From contig NC_068983.1 in NCBI RefSeq assembly GCF_001194135.2, positions 106,830,015 to 106,892,410 on the forward strand: DNA of 62,396 bases, read 5' to 3'. A program made the translations under genes and the position numbers. Origin of the DNA: Octopus bimaculoides (lineage: Eukaryota). This document shows, piece by piece, positions 38,991-50,270 of the stretch. How positions within the stretch are numbered: the first letter of the stretch is position 1; each line of letters begins with the position of its first letter. The notes below the pieces were generated by a model. That model did no database searches and had not been told where the DNA came from. It saw only the letters and a list, made by a program, of their open reading frames with translations.

Positions 38991-39439
38991 TTNNNNNNNN
39001 NNNNNNNNNNNNNNNNNNNNNNNNNNNNNNNNNNNNNNNNNNNNNNNNNNNNNNNNNNNNNNNNNNNNNNNNNNNNNNNNNNNNNNNNNNNNNNNNNNNN
39101 NNNNNNNNNNNNNNNNNNNNNNNNNNNNNNNNNNNNNNNNNNNNNNNNNNNNNNNNNNNNNNNNNNNNNNNNNNNNNNNNNNNNNNNNNNNNNNNNNNNN
39201 NNNNNNNNNNNNNNNNNNNNNNNNNNNNNNNNNNNNNNNNNNNNNNNNNNNNNNNNNNNNNNNNNNNNNNNNNNNNNNNNNNNNNNNNNNNNNNNNNNNN
39301 NNNNNNNNNNNNNNNNNNNNNNNNNNNNNNNNNATATATATATATATATATATAGACAACTATGTGTAATGTGTTACCCAAAATGAAAACTATAACTGTC
39401 ACTAAGTATGTCTAGGGTGTTAGAACATCTACATTGCTA

Positions 39440-39697
39440 GAAATAAGAGCTAAAAAGCTCTAATACTGTTGATAAGGCACATAATTGTATATATATCTAC
39501 TGACAGGGGTTATAATTGTCTGAATTGCTACAGAACTAGCCAAAACTGCATATAATAACAAAAATAGGAAATGCTTATTATGCATAAATAAAATCTTTTT
39601 CCTAATTAGGACCAAAATCCCGATTATTAATAGTTTGAAGGAAAGAAACGTTTCATGCCTTCACAGAATTGGATGTACTTTCTCTAAATTCAAGTAG
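39440..39697 (+). pseudogene. Penelope-like element ORF C-terminus (GIY-YIG distal region)
   Basis: Open 39536-39697: LAKTAYNNKNRKCLLCINKIFFLIRTKIPIINSLKERNVSCLHRIGCTFSKFK*, resembling the PYN..KRCxLCxxEK..LNKRxE..SxCxH motif of PLEs. Confidence 0.65.
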
Positions 39698-39946
39698 AAC
39701 TCAGGTCTAGATACCGCGCATGCTTTTAATAATACATATTTAAGTTAACCACTATTCTTATGCTAGGTTATGGCATATGTAATGCTGTTATCTACATACA
39801 TAGATCTAATATAAGAAAATACCTAGTACTAGGATACCGCTTTTCGCTAGGGATAACTAATTATACCCTGCTGACATTGGGCTGGCTAACACTTGATACT
39901 TAAGTGAACATATATGTGGGTACATAGATGTGCATGTGTATGTATG

Positions 39947-40035
<89 letters not shown>

Positions 40036-41877
40036 ATATATGTGTATGTATGTGTGTGTGTGTGTATATGTGTGTGTATGTATGTGTGTGTGGGTGTGTA
40101 TATATATATATAGCTACAGAAATTAGGAGGTAAACCTAGCTTGATATTAACATATAGGCAGGAAGACATACACTAGAAAATGGGTAGCACTGCAGACACG
40201 GCCCCTTTATCAAAACTAATAGAAGTAGCTATGCGTATAGCTATGTGTGTATGTGTGTGNNNNNNNNNNNNNNNNNNNNNNNNNNNNNNNNNNNNNNNNN
40301 NNNNNNNNNNNNNNNNNNNNNNNNNNNNNNNNNNNNNNNNNNNNNNNNNNNNNNNNNNNNNNNNNNNNNNNNNNNNNNNNNNNNNNNNNNNNNNNNNNNN
40401 NNNNNNNNNNNNNNNNNNNNNNNNNNNNNNNNNNNNNNNNNNNNNNNNNNNNNNNNNNNNNNNNNNNNNNNNNNNNNNNNNNNNNNNNNNNNNNNNNNNN
40501 NNNNNNNNNNNNNNNNNNNNNNNNNNNNNNNNNNNNNNNNNNNNNNNNNNNNNNNNNNNNNNNNNNNNNNNNNNNNNNNNNNNNNNNNNNNNNNNNNNNN
40601 NNNNNNNNNNNNNNNNNNNNNNNNNNNNNNNNNNNNNNNNNNNNNNNNNNNNNNNNNNNNNNNNNNNNNNNNNNNNNNNNNNNNNNNNNNNNNNNNNNNN
40701 NNNNNNNNNNNNNNNNNNNNNNNNNNNNNNNNNNNNNNNNNNNNNNNNNNNNNNNNNNNNNNNNNNNNNNNNNNNNNNNNNNNNNNNNNNNNNNNNNNNN
40801 NNNNNNNNNNNNNNNNNNNNNNNNNNNNNNNNNNNNNNNNNNNNNNNNNNNNNNNNNNNNNNNNNNNNNNNNNNNNNNNNNNNNNNNNNNNNNNNNNNNN
40901 NNNNNNNNNNNNNNNNNNNNNNNNNNNNNNNNNNNNNNNNNNNNNNNNNNNNNNNNNNNNNNNNNNNNNNNNNNNNNNNNNNNNNNNNNNNNNNNNNNNN
41001 NNNNNNNNNNNNNNNNNNNNNNNNNNNNNNNNNNNNNNNNNNNNNNNNNNNNNNNNNNNNNNNNNNNNNNNNNNNNNNNNNNNNNNNNNNNNNNNNNNNN
41101 NNNNNTAAGCGTAGGCAGTTTAAAACAATAGTTGCCCAATTGGAAGGAGGAAGTTAACGGTAGTAATTAACCCTCCCCCATTAGCAGCAGAATGGTAGAG
41201 CCGTTGGAAGAGGCAACAGGATATCTTACACCGCTAAGTTTGAAAGTTTGGCATATTATTGTTGTTGTTATTGTTGTTGTTGTCACCATCATCGTCACCA
41301 TCACTGTTATTGCTACTAGAACATTAATAACTTGTATAAAATGAACTTCTACAGAGAACCTTCCAATATATACAGAAATGACACACACTCAACAAAACTT
41401 CCTTTCTAAAAAACACTTACAGCTTTCTAGATACGGCTAATAGCGCTGATGCCACAAACAACGTATGTGGTGGAATGTTTGCTTATAAAAACTTGTATAT
41501 GCACACATGAGAGTAAGGGGACATCCGAGTAAGGCTGTGCACACGAACCCACACATATAGATGTGCATTGGAGTGCCTATAGCGACCTATCTATAATGTT
41601 TGTAGGCTTTTTGGGTGCCTTGTATTTTTAAGGGTTTTTTACATATATTTTTTTAAAAATATTTTTGCTTGTCCCACATGCTATACCTTCATTTATGTAT
41701 TCTTTATTATTATTATTATTTTTTTTTTTTCCTGCTGTACCCTTATTTTTATATTTTGATTTCAATTTTATTTTTTATTTTTATTTCTATCTTATTTTTG
41801 CTGTTGTTTTTCTTCTGGTCTCTACCACACCTCTGTTTTTACCTCTTGCTTTACATTTGTATGTAACCCTTTGTGAA

Positions 41878-41999
41878 TCTCTGAAGAGGCCTAGAGGTTC
41901 GGGCATGTAACCCCATTTCAAAATGTCATCCGATAATCACTCCGGAAAGGAATATTCGGATAGAATGGGGCTTGCTAAAACTAGGCCGAAACAGCTGTA
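41878..41999 (+). ncRNA. Type I hammerhead motif with 86-nt structured stem II insertion
   Basis: CUGAAGA (41881-41887), GGCCUAG/CUAGGCC perfect 7-bp stem, GAAAC-AGCU-GUA (41988-41999); the stem I partner falls in the N-gap. Confidence 0.7.
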
Positions 42000-43234
42000 N
42001 NNNNNNNNNNNNNNNNNNNNNNNNNNNNNNNNNNNNNNNNNNNACTTTGTACTTCTATATGTAAACCATGTTGGCAAAATAACATAGTCTGCCATAGACA
42101 CCTGTGCTTTGGTTCTTTCTTTCTTTTTCTTTTCTTCCTTTTTTTGTCACTTTTGCTATGAATTAAATTAATGAATTCAACGGGATACACCGTCTGCAAG
42201 TAGTTGGGTTCAGCATATTATCCTCCATTTTCTAATTGTTACACAAATTTTGGGTAAAACCTCCTCTTTTACCCGCTCCCATTGATTGCACCTAGTATAA
42301 CGCTAATGTAGCAATAATTGGGTACCCTTCCAGCAATATACTGGATAGATACTATCCCTTAGTGGGTTGAACCCCCAACCCCTAACTCTCTCACGTTATA
42401 TATATATATATATATATATATATTGATATACCAAAGTTTCTTATCAAGTAAACATATTTGTTGAGAAAAGAGGAGGGAAAATGCAATGATCTAATGACTC
42501 CTAAGAGCTTTAATAAAATCACATATAACGACAGTAAAGATCACATATAAGTGATCACATATAAGGACAGTAAAGATTTCAGTATAAAGGACAGCAATCT
42601 TGAAAACAACGAGGAAAACATAGATGAAATTTAGAATTGTGTTTTGTCTGAAATGAATTACTCTAGAAGTTATGTATCAAATTTCACAAGAGCAACAAAA
42701 GTAACCTTAAATTAATTGTTATTGTCTACACTAATAGTTCACTTTAAGTAGTAGATACATTTTGTTAACTGTTATCTTGGTGAAAGTCACTATCTTGGTT
42801 TTCTGTAAGATTGTATTAAGCCATCATTGTGGCTGTAAATAAACATAGTTGCAATTGCACATAACTTATGACTTGTTAAATCAACCTCCTTAATTTTTTT
42901 TTTCCTCTGTGAATAGTAGACTTTGTTGTAAGTGTTTTGCTATATTGAAAGTATGCCACTGCCCTGCTGTTTTGCTTTCATTACACTATGAAACTGATAC
43001 ACCTTCTTGTGCAGTATAATTTTGTTACAGTGTAATACTACGAGTAATTATCACTGCCTGCTCTCACATCATAATAATGCAACTATTAAAAGTAATTTTA
43101 GTAGATACACACATGCACACATGCATGCATGCATGAACACACACACACACACACATGCACACATGCACACATGCATAAATTGGGAACCTTTAGTTATGAT
43201 AGACTTTTTATAATTTTACTTTTATTTTGCGAGA

Positions 43235-44790
43235 ATATCCAATGCTAGTTCTGAAGAATATGATGACTCTAACATTCTTCAAATTATAAGGTATCAGAAT
43301 CAGAAGATACCAAATCTTTAGATTCCTTTGGCAATGAAGATCTGCAGCTTAATGCTATATTAAGATAGATACAACTCTAGAGCATAATTTTTAATTTTTG
43401 AAACAAACCAGGTAAGTAAATTACATCAGTCTGAACTACTCAGAATCAGTAGATTATTTTTTGGTTTTATTTACTCCAGACCTCGTTGAAGCAATTGTGG
43501 AGAAAGCTAAAAGTTATAATAAAGTGAAACTACCTTGAGAAAAAGACCTTAGTCTGAGGCCGAATGAAAATGAGATGAAGGCAGTCCTGGAATTGCTTAA
43601 CATGGGGTCTAATAAAAAAATGATGCATGTTTCACTGATTATTCTAAGTAAATCTCTCACAGGATGCCCTATGTTTTGCTTCAGCTTTTAGATGTGTAGA
43701 TTTATGCTATCTTTATTAATTCTGAATACACCTTTGGTTGAAAATGATGGACCTGATGGATTCTCAGATGCTTCAAAGTGTAGTCCCTCTCTTATCACAG
43801 AGGTCAATGTACAAAGAAAGAAATTTCTGCAAGTGAAAGTCTGGGTTTCAGGGAAGATATTCAGATATGCTGTATATACTGAATGAACAGTAGCATAAGT
43901 TTGGGATGAAGTGTGAATGCTCTGTAAACCAAGTCCAGGTTATATGCATACTATTATCATGTATAGGAGTAAAGTATAAGAGGAGGCAAAGCAACAGACA
44001 AAGATACAAAAGGGTTGTCATGAAACTTCTTCCCTAATTTTACACATAGATTATCACTTCTACATTGACAATATCTACACATCTCCAGTTTTGTTTCATA
44101 ATTTGTACTGTCAAAACACTCTTGAAACAGAAATATATCAAGAAACTAAAAGGTGTTACCTTGAAGTGTTAAACAAAAAATATTCCAGATATGCAATGTT
44201 GTAGCATCACAATTTTACTCACTGCCTTGCTGTTGAGTGTAAAAATAAGGAAACATAATTTTGTTGTCATCAGAAAATTTTGCAAAATTGAAAGCAGCCA
44301 ATCACAAAATGAGAGAAACAAAAGCCAGAAATTATTGAATAGCACAATCATTATATTGGTGGAGTTGATCCTTGTAACATACACTGCTTTGGGTGTAACA
44401 TGGAAGTGGACAAAGTAGGTATTCATGAAAGTTCTGGGCTCTATGACTCTGAATTCTTATGTCGTGTTCCAATGTTTCTCAGATAGCAGGCAAGAAAATA
44501 ATGCCATGATGGAAATTTCAAATATGATTACTTAAAAGACTTGTAGGGTTTATTGTTATTGCAAGTAAAGGGGGGCACTTCACTAATTTTAGACAACATC
44601 CACATGCCAGGCATCAGAGAACTTCATCTGAAGCAGACAGACAAATTGTCTGTTGGAAAGTGTAAAAAAATCTGTGTTGTATGTACTAGACTTAATCTAC
44701 TTCTCCAAAGAAGAAAAGTACAAACTTTATGTGAGGCTTATGGGGAGAGACTTTTTGGGGGACTTACTGAGAGAAATACTGTCTAGATGG
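43235..44790 (+). pseudogene. Decayed piggyBac transposase
   Basis: Fragments DYFLVLFTPDLVEAIVEK, ENEMKAVL, YHFYIDNIYTSPVLFHNL, KPEIIE*HNHYIGGVD, TWKWTK and C-terminal CVVC; no TIR resolved. Confidence 0.78.
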
Positions 44791-44979
44791 TTAGCACTTT
44801 TTTTTCTATAGGGAAAGCTTTTTTGTTTTCTTTTGAATTTATATTACTGATAATGATATTCTTTTTGTTAATTTCAGTACAAAACTTACAACACCAATAC
44901 AAACTTCAAAGGTGAAAAAGCTTTATTTTTAAGTTTTTCTTCTTTTTCGTCCCCAAAATCTAGTCACTTTAAACAAAAT

Positions 44980-45272
44980 ATATGAAATATATGCAGCAAC
45001 ATGTAAAAATGCTCATGCAGCATCACATAAAAGCACCTGTGTGGTGCTATATAAAAGTGCTCATGTGGTACCACGTTAAAGCACCCATGTGGTGCCATGT
45101 AAAAGCACCTAACACACTCTGTAAAATGGTTGGCATTAGGAAGGGCATCCAACTTAGAAACCATGCTTTAATCAGACAGGAGTTTGGTGCTGCCCTACCA
45201 GCTTATCAACTCTGGTCACAGTATCCAATTCATGCCAGCATGGACAACGGACATTAAATGATGATGATGATG
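44980..45272 (+). mobile_element. RTE-like 3' UTR with ~27-bp tandem units
   Basis: About five repeats of catgtaaaagcacccatgtggtg-like units, then the canonical tail. Confidence 0.65.
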
Positions 45273-45673
45273 GTTTCTGAATTTAAAATATACTGATACA
45301 TTCTTTACTATGATGTAACAAAATGGATGAAATCAAGCTAAACAAATTAAGAATAGATAAAGCAACCATAAACTTAATTTCTAACAATTAATTATGTAAT
45401 CTTCAATATGTTTTTATATGTAATTATGCTCATAACAGTTTAAAAGGATTCAGTTACTATAGTAATATCTACAATGAAGAAAGGGCTAGGCATAATTTAG
45501 AAACAAATGGTAAGATATGATATGTTCTTTTGAGCCATAAGGTTTCAATAAAGTTGCTTTAGTACCAATAATGTTAAGTGGATGAGAAATTTGAGACTGT
45601 GTGTTTCAAAAACACACAAAGACTGTAAACTTCACTTCTTAGAAACCAAATTTAACCTATGTAATCTTTACAG

Positions 45674-45767
45674 AGCACTTACTTAAAATGTTTCTGAATG
45701 ACAGAGAACTTGAAGCATGTTCAGTTATGTGCCTTCTTAAGAAACAAATCAAAACTATCAGAGGCAA
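45674..45767 (+). CDS. Candidate exon (HLLKMFLNDRELEACSVMCLLKKQIKTIRG)
   Basis: Acceptor taatctttacAG, donor CAA|GTATGA, open frame; an overlapping minus-strand reading is also possible. Confidence 0.2.
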
Positions 45768-48700
45768 GTATGAATTCATGGCTTTTGTGTTATTAGTCTA
45801 GTTTATGTCCTTTCATCTTAATTGTCTGTGTGAAATGTAGGTTCTGTGTTTCACTCTCATGATCCACTTCTGTGGGGAAAAAATTAGCAAAATAAGAAGC
45901 AAAATAAGGGAGTAAAATTGGAATACAATGTTACTAGAGAAGTTGATAGTTCTCAAATGAATTGTTTGATGAGACTAAATGCCATATGGTAATTAAAAAT
46001 GCAATATAAGCCCAATGGATAATGTTTGTTGGAATAAATATATGAGCGTTTTTAGTGAGATAGATCTTAATTAATACTTATTGAAAAATTGACCATTGGC
46101 AGAAAAATTAAAACAGTTATGAAACAAGTAGACCATCCTTTCCATGGTAAATATGTGATTAGGAATTGGTCTTATGAAATGTAATTTCATAAGACTCATT
46201 CTTCATCTACAGGGTAGAGAGGATTCTTTAGTCTTGCTCCAATAAAATGCATCTAACACACTCTGTAAAATGGTTGTCATTAGGAAGGACATTAAAACAC
46301 AGAAGCCATGCCAAAAATGAGTGAGACATGGTCACCAATCCATCTAGTGGGCTGGGGTATTAACTTCAAATGTGAAGTCATTCTATCTGTGACAGCTTGT
46401 TCAATCCATGCTAGTCTGGAAAGCGAATATAAAATAATGATGATGATCATCATCATGACCATGGTGGTGGTAGCGGTTGTGTAAGCATCTGTGGTAATGA
46501 CAACGACAACTGCTCAAAATATATTGCTATCGCTCTGGGTTTTGCATTCAGAATACCACTGTCTGTTGGTTATTTCAAGCCAAAGTAATTTTAACAATTA
46601 TGTATTTTGATATTCACGAGTTCGAGAATGATTTTAAATCAAATGAGTTTGGATGGAAAAATTGAAGAATTTAAAATGAACGATAAAAAATAAAACATAT
46701 TTGAATTCAGAAAAATGCATTAAAGTTTAATTTTCATTAATTTTATTGAACTTCATTAATATGGTAAAAATAATTGAATTATAAAAATAGTGGTATTCAA
46801 GCATCTAAAGTTATCAATACTATGTGAAAAAGAAAACTTTTAATGATGCATGACGTTTAAATTTGCAGAATTGACCAAAATTCTTTCCCTTCAGAATTTC
46901 AAATTGGCAAAAAAAAAAAAAGAAACAAAAAATACACACGTAAAAAAACAAAAAACAAATTTTTTAAATAAAGAAATAGAAAGAGAACTAATGAATCAGT
47001 ATAGAATGCTACAAGTGAATTGTGCACTTACTCTGATTGATTTTTACAGGTTGATTAAGTGCTGATTAACTTAATTGAATCAATTTACAAAAAAATCAAG
47101 TTAGGATCAATAAACCAGAGAACCTTTTCTGGGACATAGTTATTTTGAAGCATAAAATGTCAAATACTTAGGGGCAAATTTTTCTTGGGATTGGAGAAGC
47201 ACCATCAAAGTTTAAAAAAAAAAATGCTTGAATTTATAAGTAACAAAAAGTTGGTAGGTTTGATACTACAAACTTTAAAAATGCTAAAAAAAAAAACCAA
47301 AAAAACCGAAGACAAAAAATGAAACTAAAAAATGTTTCAAAAAATCGATCACAGTTTATAATCAGTTTTATAAATTCTGATAATCATACTATTTTATTCA
47401 TTTTTAAATGAAGACTTGAAGAAGCAAGTGAGGAATGGGTTGCATAGGATAGGCAATGTTAATTTGAGTGAGGTGAGAGAATTGTTTGGACTTAAAGGCA
47501 TGAGCTGCTATGTGCATAGGTGATAGCTGTGATAGTATAGGTAGGTGATGTGAAGAAGAATAAATAAAAAAGGCAATGAAAGCAAAGCTCAGCAAAAGAT
47601 AAGGAAGGCAAGTAGTGGCTGTGTGGTAAGTAGCTTGCTTACCAACCACATGGTTTTGGGTTCATTCTCACTGCGTGGCACCTTGGGCAAGTGTCTTCCA
47701 CTATAGCCTCGGGCCGACCAAAGCCTTGTGAGTGGATTTGGCAGACGGAAACTGAAAGAAGCCCGTCGTATATATGTATATATATATGTATGCGTGTGTG
47801 TATGTTTGTGTGTCTGTGTTCGTCCCCCCAACATCGCTTGACAACCGATGGTGGTGTGTTTACATCCCTGTAACTTAGCGGTTCAGCAAAAGAGACCGAT
47901 AGAATAAGTACTNNNNNNNNNNNNNNNNNNNNNNNNNNNNNNNNNNNNNNNNNNNNNNNNNNNNNNNNNNNNNNNNNNNNNNNNNNNNNNNNNNNNNNNN
48001 NNNNNNNNNNNNNNNNNNNNNNNNNNNNNNNNNNNNNNNNNNNNNNNNNNNNNNNNNNNNNNNNNNNNNNNNNNNNNNNNNNNNNNNNNNNNNNNNNNNN
48101 NNNNNNNNNNNNNNNNNNNNNNNNNNNNNNNNNNNNNNNNNNNNNNNNNNNNNNNNNNNNNNNNNNNNNNNNNNNNNNNNNNNNNNNNNNNNNNNNNNNN
48201 NNNNNNNNNNNNNNNNNNNNNNNNNNNNNNNNNNNNNNNNNNNNNNNNNNNNNNNNNNNNNNNNNNNNNNNNNNNNNNNNNNNNNNNNNNNNNNNNNNNN
48301 NNNNNNNNNNNNNNNNNNNNNNNNNNNNNNNNNNNNNNNNNNNNNNNNNNNNNNNNNNNNNNNNNNNNNNNNNNNNNNNNNNNNNNNNNNNNNNNNNNNN
48401 NNNNNNNNNNNNNNNNNNNNNNNNNNNNNNNNNNNNNNNNNNNNNNNNNNNNNNNNNNNNNNNNNNNNNNNNNNNNNNNNNNNNNNNNNNNNNNNNNNNN
48501 NNNNNNNNNNNNNNNNNNNNNNNNNNNNNNNNNNNNNNNNNNNNNNNNNNNNNNNNNNNNNNNNNNNNNNNNNNNNNNNNNNNNNNNNNNNNNNNNNNNN
48601 NNNNNNNNNNNNNNNNNNNNNNNNNNNNNNNNNNNNNNNNNNNNNNNNNNNNNNNNNNNNNNNNNNNNNNNNNNNNNNNNNNNNNNNNNNNNNNNNNNNN

Positions 48701-48869
48701 NNNNNNNNNNNNNNNNNNNNNNNNNNNNNNNNNNNNTACAAGTGTATCTCTGGTATACATATATCATTAATCCAAAAAACATGGAGAAAAACACACGAAA
48801 GAACAATGACATGAGGACATGATACATGCAAAGTATTAATAAGACGTTCAGTGAAGGAAAGAAAGGATG

Positions 48870-48901
48870 TTTTACGTTTCGAGCAAAGCTCTTCTTCAAA
48901 A
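48870..48901 (-). ncRNA. Minimal hammerhead-like motif in a PLE-derived repeat (48736-48990)
   Basis: Minus: UU-UUGAAGA-AGAGC(uuu)GCUC-GAAAC-GUA-AAA; C3 changed to U; palindromic ACGU stem III. Confidence 0.5.
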
Positions 48902-48985
48902 GCAGGAGACAGAGGAAAGTCGTAAAGAAAAGGAAGACGGAGAAAAAAAACTTGCCAATGATCCACATGTAGTTACATTTTGGAA

Positions 48986-49024
<39 letters not shown>

Positions 49025-49025
<1 letters not shown>

Positions 49026-49125
49026 CTAGAAATAAGAGTTAAAATACTCTTAATGCTGTAGGATGAGTGCAGTCAGATATATGTTGACAGGGGGGCATTA
49101 AGCGTATTCTAACTTCTATTTCTAG
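49025..49125. repeat. 32-bp-arm fold-back homologous to the PLE ORF piece at 39420-39520
   Basis: 49025-49056 vs 49094-49125 with 4 mismatches; gctagaaataagag...tgacagggg shared with the 39445 region. Confidence 0.65.
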
Positions 49126-49619
49126 CAATGTAGGTGTGTTGGCACGTTTACTATGAAAAAATTAGAGTGCTCAGAGCGAGTCCCGCTGGCTTGCATACAA
49201 AAAAACGTTAGTGGCGACTAATTTTTTCCTTTTTGGTATCACATTGCACCTGGCTGTTTATATTAATTCTTAGTATATATATATCATCATCATCATCATC
49301 ATCGTTTAACGTCCGCTTTCCATGCTAGCATGGGTTGGACGATTTGACTGAGGACTGGTGCAACCGGATGGCTACACCAGGCGCCAATCTAATTTGGCAG
49401 AGTTTCTACAGCTGGATGCCCTTCCTAACGCCATTTTTGGTTAATACAATCAAAAATGGATAAAATCTCTTACAAGAATTTTATCAGGAAGCTAGTGTGC
49501 AAAAAAAATTTGTATGGGAAATTTCTATTCCCAAGAATATACTTATTCGTTTATATATATATAAAGGGCATTACTACAGAATAATGCCACACACTAGACT
49601 TCCCAAATAAACACATTTT

Positions 49620-49931
49620 AGTACTGAATGCGAGGAAAACAACTTTTGAAAGAAACCAACATTTATTTGGGAAGTCTAGTGTGTGGCATTATTCATAGGT
49701 GAGACGGCAAGAAGTTTGGCTGAGCGTGTAAACGAACATTGGAGGGACTATAATAACCAAAAACAAACCTCGGTGCTCTACCAGCATGCCAAAGAACAAC
49801 ATGGTGGTGTACTGGACAGAATTAACATAGAAATCCTGTCTAGACACCCCGGTGACGCATCGTTGCGACAAATACAGGAGTCGGTCCTCATAACTGAAAC
49901 GCAACCAATTTTAAACACCAAATGCACGTAG
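49620..49931 (+). pseudogene. Penelope-like GIY-YIG endonuclease fragment
   Basis: STECEENNF*KKPTFIWEV*CVALFIGETARSLAERVNEH...LRQIQESVLITETQPILNTK: IGETxRSLxERxxEH and E..I....P.LN motifs. Confidence 0.8.
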
Positions 49932-50229
49932 ATGAGGGCCTTACAATTGCCCATGGTTGCATGTGTTGTTCACACATATGATGCGGAATATGAACGTAAA
50001 TAAATTAATTAAAAAGTCTCTATCTGATCTGATATAAACGAAATTGTTACAAACACACATATGGACGCACATACTTACATATAAGCACGAACACATAAGT
50101 GCGTGCACACATATGAGCGTGCACACATACGAGCTTGCACACACTCACATGCTCATACCAAACAGTTTCGAAACAACGCCAAAACAACGCCAGATCATAT
50201 ATTCAAAATAAATGGAAGTGGAGAGACAA

Positions 50230-50270
50230 GTTACTGAAGAGATTGCAAGAGTGCAATGAAATAATTTAAC
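50230..50270 (+). ncRNA. Degenerate type I hammerhead motif about 300 nt downstream of the GIY-YIG ORF
   Basis: GUUA-CUGAAGA-g-AUUGCA(agag)UGCAAU-GAAAU-a-AUU-UAAC. Confidence 0.5.

Noticed and set aside
39645-39670. gaaacgtttc...ccttcac as an antisense HHR
   Set aside because: Lies inside the PLE reading frame (ERNVSCLH); no complete core.
42518-42597. ~22-bp tandem repeat atcacatataaggacagtaaag
   Set aside because: Small local slippage duplication with no further structure.
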